A DNA stretch of 64,000 nt, from the NCBI RefSeq assembly GCF_009914755.1, contig NC_060932.1; one strand, given 5' to 3'. Below are positions 56,600-64,000 of the stretch, piece after piece. Under the pieces are notes generated by a model that worked only from the letters and a program-made list of their open reading frames with translations, was not told the origin of the DNA and made no database searches. Origin of the DNA: the human T2T-CHM13v2.0 reference genome, Homo sapiens. The position numbers were made by a program, and so were the translations under genes. Each line of letters starts with the position of its first letter. The stretch's first letter is position 1.

Positions 56600-59520
56600 G
56601 GACCCAAGGAGACCCCCGGCCTTTTACCAGGGTAACTTTGCATTGGGGAAAGGGAAATAATCAGACATTTCGGGGACCACTGACCTGGCTCTGAGCTGAC
56701 GGTGATTCCAGGGAACCAGAAATGTCACTGTTGTCCTCCAGTTAAAGTAGGGGCTTATGGAGGTCAGGTAATTAATAGAGTTTTAGCTCAGGTCCGACTT
56801 ACAGTGGGTCCAAGGGTCCCCGGATTCATCCTGTGGTCATTTCCCCAGTGTCAGAATGCATAATTGGCAGAGATACTTAGCAGATGGCAGAATCCCCACA
56901 TCGGCTCCCTGAGTGAAGGGTGAGGACTATTATGGTGGGGAAGGCCAAAAGGAAGTCAGTAGAACTGCCTCTACTTAGAAAAGTAGTAAATCAAAAACAA
57001 TATCACATCCCTGGAGGGATTGTGGAGATAAGTGCCACCATCAAGGACTTGAAAGACGCAAGGGTGGTGATTCCCACCACATCTCCATTCAACTCTCCTA
57101 TTTGGCCCATGTAGAAGACATATGGATCTTGGAGAATGACAGTGGATTATTGTAACTTTAACCAAGGGGTGACTCCAATTGCAGCTGCTGTACCAGATGT
57201 GGTTTCATTGCTTGAGCAAATTAATACATCTCCTGGTACCTGGTATGTAGCCATTGACTTGGCAAATGCCTTTTTCTCCATTCCCGCCCATAAGGCCCAC
57301 CAGAAACAATTTGCCTCAGCTGGGAAGGCTAGCAATATACCTTTATTGTCCTACCTCGAAGGTATATCAACTCTCCAGCTTTGTGTCATAATCTTATTTG
57401 GAGAGAACTTGATCACTTTTCACTTCTGCAAGATATCACACTGGTCCACTTAATTGATGACATTATACTGATTGGATCCAGTAAGCAAGAAGTAGATAAC
57501 ACCCTGGACTTATTGGTGAGACATTTGCATGCCAGAGGATGGGAAATAAATCTGACTAAAATTCAGGGAACTGCTACTTCAGTAAAATTTCTAGTGGTCC
57601 AGTGGTGTGGTGCCTGTTAAGATATTCCTTCTAAGGTGAAGGATAAGTTGTTGCATTTGGCCTCTCCTACAATCAAGAAAGAGACACAAGGACTAGTGGG
57701 CCTATTTGGATTTTGGAGGCAACACATTCCTCAGTTGGGTATGTTACTTCAGCCCATTTATTGAGTGACCTGGAAGCCTGCCAATTTTGAGTGGGGTCCA
57801 GAACAGGAGAAGGCTCTGCAACAGGTCCAGACTGCTGTGCAAGCTGCTCTGCCACTTCAGCCATATGACTCTGCAGATCCAATGGTGCTGCAGGTGTCAG
57901 TGGCAGATAGGAACGCTGTTTGAAGCCTTTGGCAGGCTCCCATAGGTGAGTCACAGCAGAGGCCTCTAGAATTTTGGAGCAAGGACCTGCCATCTTCTGC
58001 AGATAACTACTCTTTTTTTGAGAGACAGCTCTTTGCCTGTTAGTGGACTTTGGTGGAAACTGAACATCTGACTATGGGTCATCAAGTTACCGTGCAACCT
58101 GAACTGCCTATCATGAACTGGGTGCTCTTACCCATCTAGCCATAAAGTGTGTCATGCACAGCAGCATTCCACCATCAAATGGAAGTGTTATATATGTGAT
58201 CAGGCTTGAGCAGGTCCTGAAGGCACAAGTAAGTTACATGAGGAAGTGGCTTAAATGCCCATGGTGTCCACTCTTGCCACCCTGCCTTTTCTCCCCCAGC
58301 CTGCACCAATGGCCTCATGGCGAGTTCCCTATGATCAGTTGACAGAGGAAGAGAAGACTAGGACCTGGTTCAAAGATGGTTCTGCACGATATGCAGGCAC
58401 CATCCAAAAATGGACAGCTGCAGCACTACAGCCCCTTTCTAGGACATCCTTGAAGGAGAGTGGGGAAGGGACATCTTCCCAGTGGGCAGAGCTTCAAGCA
58501 GTGCACTGGTTGTGCACTTTGCATGGAAGAAGAAATGTCCAGATGAGCTATTATATACTGATTCATGGGCTGTAGCTGGTGGTTTGGCTGGATGGTCAGC
58601 GACTTGGAAGAAGCATGATTGGAAAATTGGTGACAAAGAAATATAGGAAAGAGGTATGTGGATGGACCTCTCTGGGTGGTAAAAAACTGAATATATTTGT
58701 ATCCCATGTGAGTGCTTATCAACAGGTGAACTCAGCAGAGGAGGATTTTAATAATCAAGTGGATAGAATCACCCATTCTGTGGATACCACTCAGCCTCTT
58801 TCCCCAGCCACCTCTGTCATCACCAAAGGGCCCATGAACAAAGTGGCCATGGTGGCAGGGATGGAGGTTACACATGGGCTCACCCACATGGGCTTACACT
58901 CACCAAAGCTGAGCTGGCTACAGCCACTGCTCAGTGCCAATTTGCCAGCAACAAAGACCAACACTGAGCCCTTGATATGGCACCATTCCTCGGAATGATC
59001 AGCCAGCTACCCGGTGGCAGGTTGATTATATTGGAATTCTTCCATCATAGAAAGGGCAGAGGTTTGTCCTCACTGGAACAGACACTGACTCCAGTTATGG
59101 GTTTGCCTATTCTGCACACAATGCTTTTTCCAAGACTACCATCCACGGACTCACAGAATGCCTTATCCACTGTCATGGTATTCCACACAGCATTTCCTCT
59201 GATCAAGGCACGCACTTTATGGCTAAAGAAGTGCAGCAGTGGGCTCGTGCTCATGGAATTCACTGGTCTCACCATGTTCCCCACCATCCTGAAGCAGCTG
59301 GATTGATAGAACAATGGAATGGCCTTTTGAAGTCACAGTTACAATGCCAGATAAGTGACAATACTTCGCAAGACCGAGGCAAAGTTCTCCAGAAGACCAT
59401 GTATGCTCTGAATCGGCATCCACTATATTGTACTGTTACTTCCATAGACAGGATTCATGGGTCCCCAACTCAAGTGGTGGAAATGAAAGTGGCACCACTC
59501 ACTCTGTCACTCCTAATGAT
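56600..59520 (+). pseudogene. pol: HERV-L pro-pol remnant (RT, RNase H, integrase)
   Basis: [28 protein letters not shown] (YxDD equivalent), FKDGSARY, SSQWAELQA, HHPEAAGLIEQWNGLLK spread over several frames. Confidence 0.9.
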
Positions 59521-59559
59521 CCACTAGCAAAATTTTTGCTTCCTGTTCCCATGACATTA

Positions 59560-59810
59560 AGTTCTGCTGGCCTAGAGGTCTTAGCTCCAGAGGGAGGAAC
59601 GCTGCCACCAGGGGACACAGCAACAATTCCATAAACTGAAGTTTAAATTGCCACCTGGACATTTTGGGCTCCTCCTACCTTTAAGTCAACAGGCTAAGAA
59701 GAGAGTTACAATGTTGGCTGGGTTGATTGACCTGGTCTATCAAGATGAAATCAGTCTACTACTCCAAAAGGGAGGTAAGGAAGAGTATGCATGGAATACA
59801 GGAGATCCAT
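59560..59810 (+). pseudogene. dut: HERV-L dUTPase remnant downstream of integrase
   Basis: SAGLEV..LPPGDT, PPGHFGLL..LAGLIDLVYQDEI motifs; position after IN is characteristic of ERV-L. Confidence 0.8.
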
Positions 59811-60384
59811 TAGGACATCACTTAGTATTACCATGCCCTGTGATTAAGGTCAATGGGAAGCTACAACAGCCCAATCCAGGGAGGGCTACAAATGACCCAT
59901 ACCCTTCAGGAATAAAGGTTTGGGTCACCCCACCAGGAAAAAAAAAACAAACAAACCCATGACCTGCTGAGATACTTGCTGAAGGCAAAGGGAATACAGG
60001 ATGGGTAATAGAAGAAGGTAGTCCTCAATACCAACTATGACCAGATGACCAGCTCAGAAACAAGGACTGTAATTGTCATGAGTATTTCCTCCTCCTTTTG
60101 TTAGTAACATGTTTGTGCATGTATACACTTGTACAAAGAAAATATCTTCATTTTATTTTCTTTTTCCTTTAACATGTGACATAAGATTTATTGACTTCAT
60201 ATCAGTATTTAAATATTGTTAACTTTATGTAATAGTATTTGGGTTGGGGATTGGTGCATTTCCAGTTGTACACAAAATAATCGTATTATGTTAGACATAA
60301 TTATGATCTTATTATTGTCTTTATTTGAAGATTATGCATTATCTCAGGATATGTGTATGCGTTCAAGTTGACAAGGGGTGGACT

Positions 60385-60815
60385 TGTGATGGTGAATACT
60401 GAGTGTCAACTTGACTGAATTGAAGGATGCAAAGTATTGATCCTGGATGCATCTGTGAGGGTGTTGCCAAAGGAGAGTAACATTTGAGTCAGTGGGCTGG
60501 GAAAGGCAGACCCACCCTTAATCTGTATCTACAGATTAGCTACTAGATTGTACACTACAATCCTGTCAGTTGCCAGCATGGCTGGAATATGAAGCAAGGA
60601 GAAAAACGTGAAAAGATTAGACTGGCCTAGCCTCCTAGCCTGCATCTCTACATCTTTCTCTTATGCTGGATGCTTTCTGCCCTGAAACATCAGACTCCAA
60701 GTTCTTCAGTTTTGGGATTCGGACTGGCTCTCCTTTCCCCTCAGCTTCAAGATGACCTATTGTGGGACCTTGTGATCGTGTGAGTTAATACTTAATAAAC
60801 TCCATATATATATAA
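60385..60815 (+). promoter_or_regulatory. HERV-L 3' LTR (MLT2A), lacking its terminal segment
   Basis: Follows PPT aaggggtggact; matches the 5' LTR up to aataaact, then (TA)n; terminal ...gactaataca and TSD absent. Confidence 0.9.
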
Positions 60816-60816
60816 A

Positions 60817-60857
60817 TTTTGTTATAACTGTTGTCAGTATTATTAATAACATTTTAA
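60817..60857 (+). repeat. 41-bp exact dispersed direct repeat (second copy 63831-63871)
   Basis: ttttgttataactgttgtcagtattattaataacattttaa identical at both sites. Confidence 0.95.
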
Positions 60858-61807
60858 TACTTATATATATACTTTGAGGGACATGAGTTGGAGATTCTGC
60901 AGCATTTAATATGTAGCTTCTCAGGTCCCACTGGAGATAATCTTCATTCTAACTAGGCAGAGGGTAAAGCAGGATGGAGCCAGTTGTTGAAGGTGTGGCC
61001 AGCCACTTTTGTTTACATTCCATTGTATAGAACTCATTCAACCCTATGAGAACATCTATACTCAATGGAGGACTGATACCTCACCTTTGCTGATAGAGAG
61101 CTGCTTCTCAGTGCCAGCTCTATTCTTAGGAAGGGTGTGCCTGGCTATTGGTGAGCAGTTAATAAACTGCATCCAAAGCATGAAGAAATACTGTAATTTC
61201 AAAATATTATTAACATTTCACTTATATATATTATTTTAATAATTAAATGATATATTTCAGGCACACTTAAAGCCATCTTTACACTATTCTTTAATCTCAT
61301 TACTCATCTTCCATGCCCAAAATGAATAACTCTCCTGAAGGCATTCTATGAAAGGCCTTTTGATTTTTAAAAAAGCATTTAGTATGTAAATGTTGGTGTA
61401 TATTATTAAAAATTACATTCAAGGTACTTGATCATATATAGAATTATGTCTTTTTTGGTGCAATTGACATTAAGGTTTTTTAAATAATGTAAAACATGAC
61501 AAATATAGTTAATTCCTTTTACCATGTGCTTTATAGGATAAATACACTACATTTTATATATTCTTTCTTGTATTGACGGGCATTCAAGTTGCCTCCTACT
61601 TTTAGGAATTTTAAGTTATAATAATATGAGCATGCTTGTGCACATAGGCCACATGATTCTAGGGTATACACCTGTGGGACAGAGCTTCTGAGTGTTCCTT
61701 AAAAATTGGGAAACAGGAAACATTCTCAGGCCTCTTGTATGTATGTGTGGTCGTATCACTGATTTCTGTCCAATTGATTCTTAGTGATGTTAAGAGTACT
61801 CTATCCA

Positions 61808-62120
<313 letters not shown>

Positions 62121-62129
62121 TTAAGAAAT

Positions 62130-62385
62130 ATGTTATAGTTGTACATATTTTGGGAGTAAATGTGACATTTTGATACCTGTATACAATTTGTAATGATCAA
62201 ATCAGGGTAATTGGGATATTCATCACCTCAAACATTTATCTTTTGTTTGTGTTGGGAACATTACATTTCTACTCTTCTAGCTATTTGAAATAAACAACAA
62301 ATTATCATTAACTGTAATTTCCCTACTGTACTATCTAATACAAGAACTTATGTCTTCTACCTAACTGTATTTTTGTACTTCTTAA
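62130..62385 (-). mobile_element. L1MA 3' end fragment
   Basis: gttgtacatattttgggag...taatgatcaaatcagggtaattgggatattcatcacctcaaacatt. Confidence 0.8.
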
Positions 62386-62389
62386 AAAC

Positions 62390-62655
62390 AATACAGCTCA
62401 AGGGTTTTAAGAGGCATTTGCTGTCTTTTTCCTCTGCCTCTAGTTTAAAGCAGACAATGATAAGTTGCAAATAAAGCACAATATGGACAAAGCCTAGGTT
62501 GCTCAATCATTATGTAGATGAGAGTCACCTGTCAATGAGAAATTCCTGCTTTCAAAAATTCCATGAATGAGAAAAATAAATTTTACTGTATGTAAGCTAT
62601 TCTGTATTTGGAGATCCATTTATTAGAGCAGGTTAGCCTACACTAACTCAAACTA
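62390..62655 (+). mobile_element. MLT1 (I/J/K-like) LTR fragment
   Basis: atgaatgagaaaaataaattttactgt...attagagcaggttagcctacactaac. Confidence 0.5.
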
Positions 62656-62659
62656 GATG

Positions 62660-64000
62660 TGACTTATTGGTCATAGATATGTGCAACATTAAGTAAATTT
62701 AGTAATGATTTATATTTTGGTTTACAAAGTATGTATATCTGCTTACTGTCTGCAAATGTACTTGAGAGTTTTACTTGCCCTAAAACTTCACCAACTCTCA
62801 AGGTTCTTAGTTTTAACTATTGGTCAATGACAATGACAATGTATATATTAATAAGTGCTTGTGCTAATTTGCATTTCCCAGATAAATAGTGAAGGTACAC
62901 ACTTTTTCAAATGTTGATTGGGCATTCAGTTTTCTTTTTCTAGAAAAACGTCTTTATGTATTTTTCCATATTTTATTTTGAATTTTTAAATTACTTTAAT
63001 GACATTCATTTTGTAATCTGGTTTTGATTTATCACTTAACATGCATAACAGGTATCTTTTGTAAATATGGGGCATATTATTTAACTTTTGCAAAAATAAA
63101 ATGTTTTTTTATATGCAAATCACTTTTTAATTTTGAATACTGTAAAATTAATCAGTCTTGTCCTCTTTGAGTTTTCATTTTTTATAATAGTCTTTCCTAC
63201 TCCAAAATCTTGTAGATGTTGTTCTGCATTCCACTCTGTTTTAAAATTTTGCATTTTATAATTATGTCTTACTATAAATACTTTTTTTGTGTGTACCGTG
63301 AGTCAGGACTGTATTTTATTTTTTACATGTGGACTATGAAGTGTCCTGAGTGTTACACTGATATTTTGTTGTTTCCCTATTGATGTATCGTGCCAATTTT
63401 ATTGTATACTAACTCCCCATATTTCCATATGGGCACACAGTTCAGATCCATTAGCTATCTATCTATACTTGGGTTAATAAAATAAACATTATGTACAATA
63501 GCTTCATTATTAGCTTAACATGTTGATCATGTCTTTCTGAGGGTTAATATTATTTCTTATAGATACTATTATTTGATACAGTTAATTCCATATAATTTTA
63601 AAGATGAATTTGTACATCTATGTTAAACCTTTCATTGGGAATTTTATTGAATTCTGAAATTAGTTTGAAATGAATTATAAGTTTGATCATGTAGAGCCTT
63701 TCTATATGCCAGATTGAATAGTATATTGGCTCAGGTATGCTTTCTGTCTCTTCAATAAAGGTTCATATTTCTCTGTACAGATTTTATACAACATTGTTAG
63801 ATTTATTTTGGAATAAGTAAATGTCATAACTTTTGTTATAACTGTTGTCAGTATTATTAATAACATTTTAAATAATTTTTTCTGTCTTTTAAATTAGTTA
63901 TTCTGAGAAAACACTATTGATATTTGTATGTTAGTTTTCTTTTTTATGAAGAATCTTAGGTCAACAGTAATATTAATATTGACATTTAGTCTATAGCATA
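62660..64000 (-). mobile_element. Ancient L1M antisense remnant
   Basis: taatttgcatttccc, ttgggaattttattgaaattctg, ttgttagatttatt motifs. Confidence 0.6.

Larger units (their letters stand above)
54384..60815 (+). mobile_element. HERV-L provirus (MLT2A LTRs; gag-pro-pol-dUTPase, no env), 3' LTR truncated
   Basis: Two homologous MLT2A LTRs, PBS, PPT, and retroviral ORF remnants in the expected order. Confidence 0.95.

Noticed and set aside
54987-59962. Possible intact or domesticated ERV-L gag/pol (Fv1-like) gene
   Set aside because: Fragmented by many stops and frameshifts; RT YxDD is LIDD; longest ORF under 140 aa.

Overview
Catarrhine-primate (probably human) non-coding genomic DNA: AT-rich, CpG-poor and largely made of interspersed repeats. 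I find no credible cellular protein-coding gene, RNA gene or CRISPR array; the ORF track is explained by repeats and chance. Main blocks: a nested L1 cluster (~1.6-11.2 kb), about ten Alus, MaLR/ERVL/ERV1 solo LTRs, several DNA-transposon MITEs, a HERV-H on the minus strand (27163-32469) and a HERV-L/MLT2A provirus on the plus strand (54384-~60815). Most notable observations: (1) the HERV-H is not an integrase-made provirus but an L1-retrotransposed mRNA copy (R-U5-internal-U3-R-polyA, 14-bp TSD, TTTT/AA site, extra 5' G); (2) a 5'-inverted L1 with an apparent ~340-bp 3' transduction; (3) the HERV-L 3' LTR breaks at a (TA)n tract and is patched with an exact 41-bp copy of sequence 3 kb downstream; (4) several small snap-back or templated insertions. 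Repeat family names come from recalled consensus sequences, not from a database search, so subfamily calls and old-element boundaries are approximate.
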